Assembly (NCBI GenBank): GCA_003427395.1 | Contig: BFEA01000019.1 | Location: 4,604,208-4,659,856 of the forward strand | DNA: 55,649 nt | Reading direction: 5' to 3' | DNA from: Chara braunii | Lineage: Eukaryota; Plantae; Charophyceae | Shown: piece after piece, positions 22,412-35,899 of the stretch | Numbering within the stretch: the first letter of the stretch is position 1 | How the letters are laid out: every line of letters begins with the position of its first letter | Notes under the pieces: model-generated | The model's input: only the letters and a program-made list of their open reading frames with translations | Database searches by the model: none | Told to the model about the DNA's origin: nothing | Made by a program: the position numbers and the translations under genes

Positions 22412-24989
22412 CTCACTTTCCTCGTCCGAATGATGAACCATGTGTCTCTTGAAGAGTGACCTCCATTTTGCGCAGCAACTGCTGCATCCGAGCTCGCCGA
22501 TCAATGAGTGCAGGAATCGTCATCGACGGTGTGCCCTGCGGCCCCTGCCCATGTGGCCCGAGTCGTGTCCTCCGTCTGACCCGTCGCCCTCCTCCACCAT
22601 CTCCGTCTGCTGCCTGTACTTTAGGTACGTAATCGGAGTCCCCCGCATCATCAGTGCCTCTGGTCTCTCCAGGGGCGACATCTGTGTTGTCGTCGTGGAC
22701 GATAAGTACACTGTCACGTCTCTTCTCACCTGGCATTGTACCCCCTGCACCCTCCCTGCCGACGAGCTCCGCCATCGCTGCAGTCCTCCCTCCAACATCC
22801 AATGCATCGCTCTCGGGTGCAATCTCCCCGTCCTCGAGATCGGCAGGGCCGGGTCGCCTCAGATGGGAACGCATATGCGGTGACAAATGTGATGCCTTCC
22901 TGGCCGCGGCCTTCTTCCTCGTCCGAGAAAGACTCGCCTTCACGGCCCTCGTCGCTTGGACATCCGGTGTCGTCGTCAGCAAAGTGCTCCCATGCCGGGC
23001 CTCGTACTCTATCATGGTGGTGTGGCGAGCACCATCGACAGTCCCAGTGGATCGTATCCCCATAAACGGTGCTGCTGACCTGCAAACAATCCCGACTCCC
23101 TGCTCCTCCACCCCCCTGCCAGTGGTCCCGCTGGTATAGAATGCCACATTCGGCAAAATAGTAGCTCTGTCGCGTGGTGCTATCGCGGATGACCCCGCCA
23201 CAGGCTGTTGTGTCACGTTCGTGGTGTCCGTGGCGGGGACGCCCGCAACTGCGCCGGCGGCCGCGCCGATGGGCTGAGGCTCTGAATGTGACGGCGGACA
23301 TGGAGGTCCTACTACTCCGTCGACTGCATGGCATGCAGCAAAGCCACCATCCTCCGCGCCACCCAATGAATGCGCTCCATCAAAAGAATCAGACAAACTA
23401 GGTTGTGCAATGCTGCGGTGAGCATCGTGGCAGTGTCGCATCGTCGTCTCGACCAAACCAAGTTCGACCTCGTGCGGTCTGCCCACACGAAAAACAGTGG
23501 GCATGGCAGACGTCGTTGGTAGGGTTATCGTATCGCCTCGAAACTCATCAAAGTAGACAGGTCCTCGCTCTATGCCGAAAACCTGATGTGGGCAAGGAGG
23601 TGACACGTGCGGTAAACCAGGAGATATCAAAGTAGACAAGTCTGGGAGAGAGATGAGTGTCGAGTCCATGACCAATAACTCGCTAGTACCCTGAAGACTG
23701 TCGATGGGGCATGCGAGCCCGATATGGCCTGCGACGCTCTGCTTAGGTGCGGGAGTGTGTGAGACCTCTCCTTCCGGGTGCTCGACGCCTAGACACACAA
23801 CAACAATTTTCTCCATCAATGCAGTTGGTGGCCACGATGCCGTGTCATCTGCATCCGTTCCCTTTGTCGCTGATTACTACGTAGCAACCTCCTCCCTGGT
23901 GACGTCAGACTGAACTCCATGAAGGTTGCGAGGTGGGGGCATGCTCTCTTGCTCTGCCGCTGTTGTGTGCATACTCTTCGTATCATTTTGTGCAGGACCG
24001 CTCCCATAATCCTGCTCAATCTGCTCCTCGCGGGCGTCATCACTGAAAGAGTCCTTAGAAACTGGAATCTGCTCAGTTGCTGGGACTCGTGGTCATGGAA
24101 TGGCAGAATCCCCACCGCGACGTCTGCGCATACGAAAAGCGATAGTGTCTCGTTCCCTTGGTCCACGTCTCAAGCGCTTCAGGGCAATGCCCTGAAGAAG
24201 TTATAGACAGTCATCTTCCCCTCCATCTCCATCGTCATCCGAGGTTGCACGGTGGTCGACGTCAATGGCAGTTGTCCGTGTCTTCACGTGTCAAGCCCAC
24301 CGCGCCTGTCCCTGCATGATTGTCACCGTCACCATGACCGTCGCCCCCTGCCCCGTCATTGTCGTCCACTCTGTCACCATCTTCATGTCTCGATCCCCCT
24401 ACACCGGTCCCTGCCCCATTGTCACTCTCATCACGATAATCTCCCGCTGCCTCGTCAGCCCCTCTGTCACCATCTCCATGTGTCGAGCGGGGCCGTGACC
24501 GATCTCCTCCATCACCACGATCATCGCCTCTGGCGCCATCGTCGTCGTCTTTGTTCGGGTGGCGGTCTTCAAGATCGTTGTCGGCGTCCGATGCAAGCCC
24601 ACCAGTTCCAAAGAAATCCTCATCGTCACTGGACGAGCTCTCATACAAAAGGTTTCCCTCGTCCCAACGCTGTCGAGGCTTGCGTACAAGCCCGTCCTCC
24701 GGCAGTCGACGACTCCCGATAGACCTCCTCCCGCCAGCACCTCCACACCCGCCTTGTCCACGACTTTCATGACGGCCACCCCCATGACCGCCGCTACAAC
24801 ACCTCCTCCTGTGAGACACCCGCAATCGACGCGTGGGTCCCATGTGGGACACGACGTGCATCCTCTCTCTCGCATGCATCAACTCCTCCTGCATCACCGT
24901 CGTATGGGCTCCTCGGCCTGAGACAGGCTGTTGGTCGGTGGGCAACTCGTTCTCCAGCTGTTGCCAGTAGTGCACCCAGCTCCCGTACG

Positions 24990-27200
24990 GATGCGACCTG
25001 TCATTGGGAGCATCGCCCGAAGTAGCATGTTGGTCAAGAAGTCGAAGGTTCTAGTGGCATCGCACGAGCTTCTCGGCCCGTGTCACCTCCAACCTGTTAC
25101 GAGATTTGGAGTGGATGAAGCTCCTACAGGACCAAGCACTCTCGCAAGGTGATGTCGTCGCCCAGACACGTAGTATCCTGCCGGCGAAGAAGACCGTATG
25201 AGGGAACCTCTTCTCCTTCGACTCCCAAAAACTGGTTGGATGGTTATAGCTCCGCGCTGCTCGGTCCATGACCACGTCGTGGAATGGTGGCTCCGTGACA
25301 TGAAACTTGTCGATGGCAGTGAGGACCTCCTTGTGCTGGTCTGAGCTCTCTGGGTACCCGAACTGAATCAGAGCAGCTTTCCAACCCTGGTGCATATCGT
25401 CGTCGTCTGGCAGCGTGCGATCTCGAAACTTTGGATCCAACATCATGGCAGCCACATGAGTCGGTGACTTGAACATGGTTCGGCGTCTGTCAAAGACCTC
25501 AACTACTGCATCCTGCTCCGTGTCAAAAGCAGCACATGCAGAGAAACAGCGTACGATCATCTCGTCATACCGACGCAAAATCTTTCCAATCTGCCTCGTG
25601 TCGTTGTCCACCATCTGCAACATGTCCATGATGGGATCCAACAACTTGCGCACCGCTTTCATATCCTCCCACCACAGAGAATAACCGACACATGTTGTGA
25701 CCTCCGCGGCGTCATATCGAATCTTCTTCGTCGACCAAATAGTGTCCTTCCACGATCATCGATGACCACTTGCATAAGATGCGCTTGTAGCTGAAGAAGT
25801 CGCCGCATCATAATGAAATGCATGCCAAAGCGAGTCTCGACGGAAAGGAATGGTGCCATCGACATGAAAGCTTGCAAAACTCGCAGGGTTTCGGGGTGGG
25901 CGCTCCGGGAACCCTTGGCGGGATAATCACTGTCAACATGCGTTTGAAGCTCTCAAGCTTCACGCAGTTGAACGACAAGTCGATCTCAAGAATGAATCGC
26001 ATGATCTGCAGGTGCCATGCGTGCTCCAAAGGGTTATTGTAATATGAGCTTACCGCTTGTTGCTTGAAACTACCCCTCCCTCATGCAAGGGCGCAGCAAC
26101 TTCGCGAATCCCACACGCCACCGCTGGTCGCAGGTGATGCGGCAGAACCCGGACTTGGAGTTGCAATATTATGCAAATTTTGCAAAGGATCCAATGTCTC
26201 AAAAGCACCGTGCTGCAAGGTCCGTGCGTTCACGGGTGCAGGCGTGGGTGACGAATCTGAAACCTGAACGGGGTCGTCGGGCGGGATAGTGCCCGCCCCC
26301 AAAGGAATCGCTACAACGGCCTCTCGAACAGGTGTTGAAGGGAAGTCAGGTGTAGGACCTCGTGTTTGTGAAGGAGGGGGTGGTAACCACAGATAAGCAA
26401 CGGATTGATGCCCCGTTGTGGTTGGTCCTGCCACGGGCAGACCTGCGGCTGCACGTGAAACTCTTGCAATCCTATCTCTTGTTGTCAGTGAACAGCGGGG
26501 CGAGGCCAACTGATCTGCCTGCGTCCTTCCCCCATCCTAGACCCTCAACGAAAGCACGAGTTTCATGCTCACCGAACTGCACAGGTCCCCCGACACCCGA
26601 AAGTAGCACGGGACCCTGCGCAGCAGGCTGCGCTGCTGCCGACAGTGTGACACCCGCATCACGTGCACACCAACCAGAAACCGCTCCAGCAACGGGTGCA
26701 GGAATCATGGCCTCCGGGGGCGGGGGCGGACGGCGGGGGCGGCTGAACGGCGTCCTCAGGAAAACGAATAGGTGGCCACTGAAAAGAGGGATGACCGGGA
26801 GGGAGAGACTGCAAAGCCTGCACGACTGAAGCCAGTTGTGCAGGACACTTCGACATATCCATCGACCAAATAGCATGTCATACCGTCAGAGTCCCCACGA
26901 GGTATCTGTAGCCCTCGCCACGAAAAAAGTGCTCCTTTGCATCGCGAGCACCCCCACAAATAGAATGGCCACATAACCTGCACATACAGCGACGTTTGTT
27001 CTTTCTCCCGAGCGCAGTGGATCCATCTAAATAATGACCACGAGCGACAAAATGCGAAACAGGATCAACCCTCAAAGGGCAGTCAAATGTCTTCATGTTG
27101 TGACCTTTCTTACTACAGTCCGACTTCTTCCCCGTTGCCAATGAGAAATTTGCGGGGCCCTTCCAAGTGTTGCCGCGTGGGTCAGACATGGTGCGCACCC
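24990..27200 (-). pseudogene. hAT transposase pseudogene with the catalytic mid-region deleted
   Basis: BED-finger-like CRLCGHSICGG...KEHF (~26930-26990); RFILEIDLSFNCVKLESFKRML; ETRFG motif; HVAAMMLDP; C-terminal dimerisation motif RILRVWATTSPCESAWS...IHSKSRNRL...AEKLV. Confidence 0.9.
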
Positions 27201-27419
27201 CGAAGAAAATGTAAGTAAGGGTAAACTGAAACAAAGAGCGGCAACGTTGGCAATGTACAACTGCACTGAAGAACTGATTAATCACCCTGAAAAAGATGGA
27301 CCATTACCAGAAGGTCAACAACAACCATATTGATAAACATGAGAAGGAACAAATATAAAGAAAATGAAAAATTGAAATGAGGACAACATACAAATAGATT
27401 TTTGGTCTGCATTTGCAAA

Positions 27420-27992
27420 TGTTGACCTATCCCCCCCCCTCCCCTCCACCATTACACGTTCACCCCTTCGCCCCCAAGCCCCCACTGCATTGTCGTTCAT
27501 GGCGGTGCACCCGTCTTCAACAAAGAAAAAAAAAAAAAAAAAACGTACAACAGGCCTTCGTTACCGCATTTCAATTTTCAACAACCTACCCCCTTCCTCA
27601 CCCTACCCTCCCTGAACCATAGACCCCTTTCCCCCCAACCTCCATTGCATTGTCGCTTATGGCTGTTCACCCGTCTAGAAGAAAAAATAAAATAAAATAA
27701 AATAAAATCAGACCCTACGACAGACCTTTGTTACCGCATTTCAATTTTAAACAACCATCCGTCCCCCCCCCACACGTTGACCCCTTTCCCCCAAACCCCT
27801 ACTACATTGCCGCTCATGGCGGTTCACCCTTCTTAAAGAAAGATTTAAGTAAAAAAAAGAAAAACAGACCCTACGACGGACCTTTGTTACCGCATTTCAA
27901 TTTTCAACAACCATCCGCCCCCCCCCCCCACACGTTGACACCCCCCTTCCCCCAAACCCCCCCCCAATTCCCCCCCCTCGCGGGTCCCCCCC

Positions 27993-28024
<32 letters not shown>

Positions 28025-28660
28025 TGCCCCCACCCTCGGCTTCCTTTCCCCCTTTTCCATAACCCCCCCCCCCCCCCCCCCCCGCCTCTCGTTGACCCCT
28101 TTACCCCCTAACCCCCACTGCATTGCCGCTCATGGCGGTTCACCATTCTTAAAGAAAGAAAAAAAAATAAAAAGAACAGACCCTACGACGGGCCTTTGTT
28201 ACCGCATTTCAATTTTCAACAACCATCCGCCCCCCCCCGCCACACGTTGACCCCTTTCCCCCAAACCCCCCTTCCCTTCCCACTCATGGCGGGTCCCCCT
28301 TCTTGAAGGGGAAAAAAAAAAAAAAAAAAAACCCGTATGACGGCCCTTTATTACTGCATGTCAATTTTCAACAACCATTTCCCCCCCCCCAACACGTTGA
28401 CCCCTTTCCCCCAAACCCCCATTGCATTGCCGCTCACCCTGCGACGGACCTTTGTTACCACATTTCAATTTTCAACAACCATCCGCCCCCCCCGCCACAC
28501 GTTGACCACTTTCCCCCCAACCCCCACTGCATTGCCGCTCATGGCGGTTCACCATTCTTAAGGAAAGAAAAAAAGAAAAAAAAACAGACCCTACAACGGA
28601 TCTTTGTTACCGCATTTCAATTTTCTACAACCATCCCCCCCCACACCGTGCCCCTTTATA
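27420..28660. repeat. Tandem array of ~150-165 bp units upstream of the transposase
   Basis: gaccctacgacggacctttgttaccgcatttcaattttcaacaacc...gccgctcatggcggttcacc...A-run repeated about 8 times. Confidence 0.9.
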
Positions 28661-29789
28661 AAGGGGTCGTAATGGAGAAAAAAAAAGCAAAAACAGCATG
28701 AGCTAGAGTTCATGACCGTTGAGGTGAGTTGCACTTACCTCAATGCAAAGGGTCAAGTGGCTCAAAAATTCAGAATAGACCGCTGCAAAGCTCCGGCTTG
28801 CAAAAGCAATGGGATGCCTTGATGCCTCCATTGCCTTCAACCCCACACTATTTTCTAAGTTTGTGGGGCAGTCACTCCATGCACAACGACTGACAGAATA
28901 TTATGGGACACACAACACATGTTGTGTGCCGTGCTGTACTGTGTGTCGTCAAAGGACAAAACAACAAAATGCAACAGTTTGTGTCATTTGCATCTTTTTT
29001 TTTTTTTCTTTTTTTTTCTCCCCCTCACAGTTCAGAATTTCTTTCACTTTTTTTTTTTTTTTACTTGGGGAGGTGTACATGTGTGTCGTGCTGTACTGTG
29101 TGTTTTCCCGCATTCATTACATGGGGCAGTGTACCGGGGCCAGCAGGCTAGTTGTGTGGATTGGGGAACTTGGGGCTGTCGGGTGTAGGGCACGGAGTCA
29201 CGGAGTGCGTGTTGAGGCAGTGTTGCGTGCGTAGCGGTGGGGCGGGGGCCTTGGGGCTGCTGGGTGCTGGGTGCTGGGGTTCCAGGGTGGTTGGAGAGGT
29301 TGGGGCCGCTTGGTGTCTAGAGCGGAGTGCATATTGCGTTATGCGGGCCAGGGGTCAGCGCTGCGGGGTGCGGGTCGCTGTACTGGGGTCGGGTTGTTAG
29401 GTCGGGGTCCCCCGCCGGGGTGCGGGGCCGTGGGGGCGGGGTCTTGTTGCGGGGTCGAGGTGGCAGGGCCGGGGGTACCGGTTGCGAGGCGGGGGTCGGG
29501 GTTGCGGGGGCGAGTGAAGGTGGTGGAATCTGGCGGGGGTCTGTGGGCAGGGGTCCGGTAGCGGGGCCACGGGGTTGCGGGGTGCAAACTGCGGGGGTCG
29601 GGCCGAGGGGTCGCTCGCGGTGCGGCGGTCGGGGGGCGGGGGTCGAGCTGCGGGGGTGGGGGGTCGTGCAGCGGGGCCGCGGGGTTGCGAGCGGGGTCGG
29701 TCGTTCGGGTGCGGGGTTGTGGTGGCAGTGGCGGGGTTGCGGTGCCGGGGTGGGGGAGAGAAGGTTAACAACAGTCATATTTTTCATCA

Positions 29790-30185
29790 CCACTTTAGGA
29801 CACCCTTCACCACTTTCGGATGCAGCCTGCCTAAACAGGTGGTTTTCAGGGTCTTCGGACCTTTCACCACTTCAGCACCATTCAGGTCTGAAAATCCCGA
29901 ATGGTCTTGAAGTGGTGAAAGCTCCGAGGACCCTGAAAAACACATGTTTAGGCAGGATGCATCCTCAAGTGGTGAAGGGTGTTTTCATGGTCTTCGGACC
30001 TTTCACCACTTCAGGACCATTCAGGATTTTCAGACTGCCCAAAACTCTCACTTGACCACTTCAGGACACCCTTTTCCACTTCAGGATGCAGCCTGCCTAA
30101 ACAGGTGGTTTTCAAGGTCATCGGACCTTTCACCACTTCAGGACCATTCAGGATTTTCATACTGCCAAAAACTCTCATTTCATAA
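29790..30185. repeat. Subterminal direct and inverted repeat block (caccacttcagg units)
   Basis: Inverted arms 29801-29886 and 29897-29982, followed by direct copies. Confidence 0.85.
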
Positions 30186-30453
30186 TTTTCATTCCTAAAT
30201 TTTCAGCTATCCGATAACGGCTTGTGGGGTGGGGATGCAAGCGGGGTCGCGGTGCCGGGGTTGCAGTGAGGGGGCGGTTGTGCGAGGCCGGTGGCGGGGC
30301 TGCGGGGCGCGGGGCGGGGTGCCTGGGGCTGGGCGGCGGCGGGGTAGTTCGACGGGGGCGGGAGTGGGTGGTCCCCGTCATAGGGGTCCGGAGGCCTAAT
30401 GCTCACACCGACTAAGCCCCCGGGGATCCCCGCTCGACAACACTGCCCACAGA

Positions 30454-31025
30454 TACAATGAGTGTTCATTCTAGAGTTGCCAAAGCATCTTGTCCCGGTC
30501 ACATCACTGTTTGCAGATGACCTCACTGTGCTTATCAGGGCGGATGATCAAAGTCTTCAAACTCTGACACAAGTCATCCACCTGTTCTCCCTGGCAGCAG
30601 ATATGAAGGTTAACTGGGGAACAAAAACGGAGGGGTGGTGGATGCACCCGCAAAATGCAGGGCCGCGGCCGCAGCCGCTTATTTCATGGGCACAAAAAGA
30701 CACAACAATTATAATTTTGGATATCAAACTGATAACACTTGGCCCCCCGCCGGACCATGGAGACATCTTGGTGAACCTGGCAGTGGACAAACTAGGCAAA
30801 TGGGCCAGCCTGCACACCCTCGTAGTAGGGCGTACGCTGGCCATCAATAAAGTTGTCCTCGTCGCGATTTGGTACAAACTGGCTGTATGGCCCCTGGACC
30901 AAAAATAGTATGCAAGGCTCAGAAAGACCCTTATGACCTATCTGTTGAAAAACAGCGATGAACCCCAAGGCTGCCTGAACTGGGTTAAATGAGACATACT
31001 CACACAACCAAGAAGGAAGGGAGGA
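30454..31025 (+). mobile_element. LINE RT fragment, 3' continuation of 19020-19970
   Basis: VTSLFADDLTVLI...MKVNWGTKT...GRTLAINKVVL. Confidence 0.9.
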
Positions 31026-31026
31026 C

Positions 31027-34000
31027 TTTTTTTTCTTCTTCTAAGAACACCCTCTGCCACAGATAGGAGTGATGATATAGGCATGCACTCCTATCTACCC
31101 TTAAGGGTGGCTCCAGTCTTTTGGTGGGGAGCATCACCTGCTGGAAAGCGGGTCCAGCGTCTCCATTGAATAAAAAAGAGTCATTATACATAAAGCATGA
31201 ATGGGGGCAGTGACGCCTCTTCAATCGTTACTAGACCGCGAGATCAGTTTAAGACAACAAGCTACCCTGCCCTTCAGAAAAAGTGTAAGCAATTAACAAT
31301 CACTCCTCTTCTCCACCAAACCATTGCAAATCAACCATAAAAAGTTGTGAAGGAGGAAAGGGATCTGCAAAACAATTTGGAGACCTAAGGGAATATCCTG
31401 GCTGCAGCGCGAACTAGTCGCAAAAGCTGAGATGGAAGATCGTCTTGAGAGATTCCTCCATCTCTTCCCCACTTGGCCACTCCACCTTTCCCAGACCCTT
31501 CCCTTGAGTTCCCCCCAAGCAGTTCAAGACAAAATTTTGAATTGTTTCTTGTATATCCTTCTTTTGATGCAATTTCAGAAGTCTGGTCTTAGTTTTTTCC
31601 CATTGTGCTCTGATCTCAGTCTGAATAAATTGAACAATTATCTCAGAGATTTTCTCCCCTTCCAAGGCTACGTTATCTCTTGCTAGGACACAATGTTTGT
31701 ACCAAAGGGCCCATAATACCGCCTTTCTGCCTATAGTAAACAAATTACGCTGAAACTTAGAAAGTCCGAAGTCTATAGGTTCCCAATAGCCCAGCAAGAT
31801 AGCGCACCATTCCCACGACCAATCTATCACAGGCAGACTCCTCTAAGTGTTATCCCACCGTCGCCATAATAGGGCCACATTCGGACACTTCATAAAAATG
31901 TGTTCAATAGTTTCACAAATTTTTCTACTAGGGAAAGTCGTATGACAAGACTTACACCATGGGGAAGCTAAACCCCATTGTTATAGACTTGAATGATCAA
32001 TGAGTCAGTCATTTGTCGGCAAACACCGGTGAATAATCTACCATTGAAGGGAAACAAATTTAGCGCGTCTTTGTTTTAAGCTGTTAAATAATTTCATATT
32101 TTTAACAATATTACTGTCAGTATTCAAGTGTCTAGACCACCGTTCTTGCACAATCGCAGCTACATTCACCCTTGGTCTGAGAAGACGATATGCCGCCTTA
32201 ACCATCATGGATTGTAGAGTTCTTGATTTTTCAGTTTTACTAGTCTTCCAGACCCACTCATCCGAGGTCTAGGGGCAGATCTGGAATATGATATGAGGAT
32301 GGTACGCTCTCTAGTTTTTCGTTGAAGAGTAGTACAACACACGAATCCTGTAAAGGTCCCGAAATGAGAAAAAATTTACCTGATTATTTTGGGATGGGTG
32401 TAAGAAAAGTTTTTTAGTCACCTAACAAATACTCACAAGAAAATCTTTAGTCATCTTACAAATACTCACAATAGCCCCTTTTGGGTGAATGTGAACGATC
32501 TGACCCACCTCCCACTGTTCTGAATCAGTTCCTACTACTCAATCTCCCTCTTTGAAGAAGATGTCTTTCCTTAGCGTTCTAACCCAAGCTAAGGGAATGA
32601 AGAAGATGATCTGCTCTAAATTGTAGGAAAGTTGGTGGACTTACCTGAACCTACCTCTTAATTGCTCTGTTGTTAATCAGTTCCTGTTTTAAGTGTCCCA
32701 TATATTTTTGATCCTTAACACTCCTCTTTTAACCCACATGGACCATGGAGGATCGAAACTTTTGAAAACTACATCATTCTGATTAGAGATTCATCTGTTG
32801 TCAAAGAGGGGTTGCCTGAGGACCTCCTCATAATGTGAGGGGAAAGGTCTATTGGTTAGAGGTAAATTGCGCCATGTTTTCAATAAAGATACCCTTAAGT
32901 TATCCAACAATAAATATATTATAGTTGCTTCCCTCAAACCCTCTTCTCTAGACTGTGCCTTTGCCCTTGGAATGCTCCAAAATAAATCTTCAACCAATGT
33001 AAGAGGGTGAATATCCTCTGTGGTTTGTGGCACCAATCTACGAATTTGTTACATAGTCATAGGTTGCCAGGGCTTATCATTAGATAAAATCAGTTCCTTT
33101 AACCATTGGAGTGCTAGCGACTGACATTGCAGGGACAGATCAAGAAGTCATAATCCGCCTCTGAGGTTGGGCTGGATAAGGGAAAGTCATGCCTCTCTAG
33201 GGATAACATTTTCTAACTCATGGTTGCATCTCCATAAAAATGTTGCCACTTGTTTTTGTAGTCTCTTTATGCTTGACTTAGTGATCGCCCATAAGGCGGA
33301 TTTGTACCATATGGATGCTAAGACTATATTGTTAATAATCAATGCTCCTTCAATCGAAGAAGTTTGTTGATTTTTTCATTGATTCATTTTTTTAATCGCT
33401 AGACGAGAAATTCAATCGTCATTCGATATCGGTTTGCCTTATGCCATAACAGAGACCCCCAACAACCTCAAAAAAGCTTCTAATGGAAGTCACTTCACTC
33501 TCGGATATTTTAGGGGACGCACTCCATTTTAATGAATCCACCACCCATGTGTCTTATTTCCTCAATTGATCATCATATCCGACGAAACCGAGAAACGGTC
33601 CGTTAATGCCTTAATCTCTTCCATATTGGAGGTCGAGGTCTCCATGAGTGTAGTAAGATCATCCGCAAACATAGAAGCAATTGGGATTGCATCGTCAGGA
33701 ATCCCTGAGCTCTGAAGTCATTTAAGATTATGATTTGCCCTAAGATTTGCTCCAAATGCTTCCATGATTATTACAAACAAAAATGGGGTTAACGGATCCC
33801 CTTGCCTTACCAATCGTTCAAGGCGAAACGGTGGTGAGAGAAAACCATTTATATGAATCCTCGTAGAAGCATTTGTATGCAAAATCCTCATCCATTTACG
33901 CAAATTTGTTCCAAAATTCATTTTATTAAGACATGCATCCAAAAATCTCCAGTGTACATGATCATTAGGTCTTTTCAAAGTCTATGAACACTATTGTCGC

Positions 34001-35838
34001 GTTTTGATTAGACTGACAAGAGAGTTTGACCATTTCATTGATTAGGAGAAATATTATGCTGGTTATATCTTCCCTTTATAAACCCAGTCTGAGAGAGATG
34101 TATAATGTTCGTCATTACATGAATGAGACAATTAACGAAGGCCTTGGATAACATCTTGTATATCACTGGTAGAAGAGTTATCGACCTATTATTTCTAATG
34201 TTTATTTTATCTCCTTTCTTATACAAAAGTGTGAGGATAACTTCACCCACTAATTCCCCCATCAAACCTGATTCTTGAACTGATTCAAAATATTTCATCA
34301 GGTGTGAAGAGAAGGTCGTCCACATGGTTTTCCAAAATTCCTTAGCGAGATCGTTTATCCCAGCGGTTTTGTTTTTATCCATTTGTAGCAAAGCTGTCCA
34401 AATTTTTTCTTTGTTAAGGGACGCTCCAGTTCTTTGAGTTGCTCTTCTGTGAGAGTTTGGGTCAAAGGGACTAGAAATCGTCTTATTGCTTTATCATCCT
34501 CCTATTGTTTTGTAGGATCCTTTGAGGAAGTAAAGAGCCCTTTGTAAAAGTCGTATGCTATTTTTAGACTACCAGGAAAAGAATAAGATAGTGAAGCCCT
34601 AGGTACTGTTGGATCAACCAAGGCGTCTATGCATGTACGTCTAGACCTTTTGCGTGCTAATGCAAAAAATGATGCATTCATTTGCCCTTCAGTCAAAAAC
34701 TTAGAAAATTTACTTCTGATTGTATACCCTCGCCAACGATGTTGAGCAAACGTTAAAAGTTGGTTCTTGAGAGCCTGAATATCCATCGTTTGAAGATCTT
34801 CGTCAATATTTTCTTGATACTCGTAATTAAGGATTTGTTCTTGAATGCTTATTTCTTGTTGATATCTATTTTAAGCCTGAAGTTTAGAGTATTCATTACA
34901 TTGTTTTGCCAGGAATGCTAAACCATTATTAAACCATGATATCAAAAAACTTTGTTGGGTTTTAGTTAAGTGTCAGTACTCTTATACGCTCTTTATGTAC
35001 TAGCTAAATTTCATACATGCTAAAAGGGATGTGTTGAGTTTATGAAAACATTTTTCTTTAATAGTTTTTTTTTTTTTAATTTAACAGCACCGCGCACATC
35101 TTATGATCCGCCCCTGGCCACAGACTCTGGGGAAAATCGATGCCCAAACTAATGCATAATCCAGATCATCCGACATCAAAATCAGATCTATTCACGATCT
35201 GGATTGATGTGGGGTGTCACTATTCCTTATACAGGTAAACAGTTTCTTGCGGAAAGATACGATGGTATGTGTCAAAAATATCTTCCTCCTCACACAGATT
35301 GTGAATGATGTTCTCATCTTCTTCTATGTATGAAGGGCAATGAGAGAGAATCCTCCACCAATCTAACCATCTATCCGGGGTTGCGTTGAAATCTCCAGCC
35401 ATAATTATTGGAATCCCGCTCGGAATTTGGGTCTTTATCGTTTGAAAGAAATTACCCCTCTCATGAATCTCATTAGGGTCATAGATGTTAATTACACATA
35501 TGATCTTCAATTCTAATTTAACCAACGCAGAAACCCATCTTCCGTGCTTCTTATCCACCGCCCAATGTACTAACTCAACCCTTGAATCAGGAGGGACCCA
35601 TATGACTACCCCTCCTGAGCCACTTCTCGGTGCCGGAAAGTATATTTTTTGAAAAGACCATACAATATTATGTATAAGCGTATGAGCTGGGGAAGAAGTG
35701 AGATGGGTTTCCTGGATACAAATTAGGTCTGGTCATGAACGACTTCCGACTCCTTTCAATTGTTCCGTTATAGCTTTCCTTTTTCCGGAGTCTGCGGTAG
35801 CTAAACCGTTTACATTAAGCGATCTGAGAGCAAAAAGT
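31027..35838 (-). mobile_element. Degenerate L1/Tx1 LINE: whole ORF2, type A 3' module, poly(A); no ORF1
   Basis: APE start LRSLNVNGLA near 35830; IMAGDFNA; RT LVRQGDPLTPFLF and SMFADD; ETIEHIF; module 31109-31164; T-run 31027-31040; numerous stops. Confidence 0.92.
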
Positions 35839-35899
35839 CAAAAATGACATACAGAGACCTCATAGGTGGGTTCCTTTAGCTCATGGGTATGAAGGGTGG

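Larger units (their letters stand above)
19971..30445 (-). mobile_element. ~10.5-kb hAT DNA transposon with a defective transposase, inserted into a LINE RT
   Basis: TIRs CAGGGTTGTCGA (19971) and TCGACAACACTG (ends 30445); TSD ctcacaga (19963-19970) / cccacaga (30446-30453); GC-rich subtermini; RT reading resumes across the insertion. Confidence 0.9.

Noticed and set aside
22413-24975. Independent host genes (468-aa and 237-aa ORFs)
   Set aside because: They lie inside the hAT TIRs, on the same strand and directly downstream of the dimerisation domain; best read as the disordered transposase C-terminal extension
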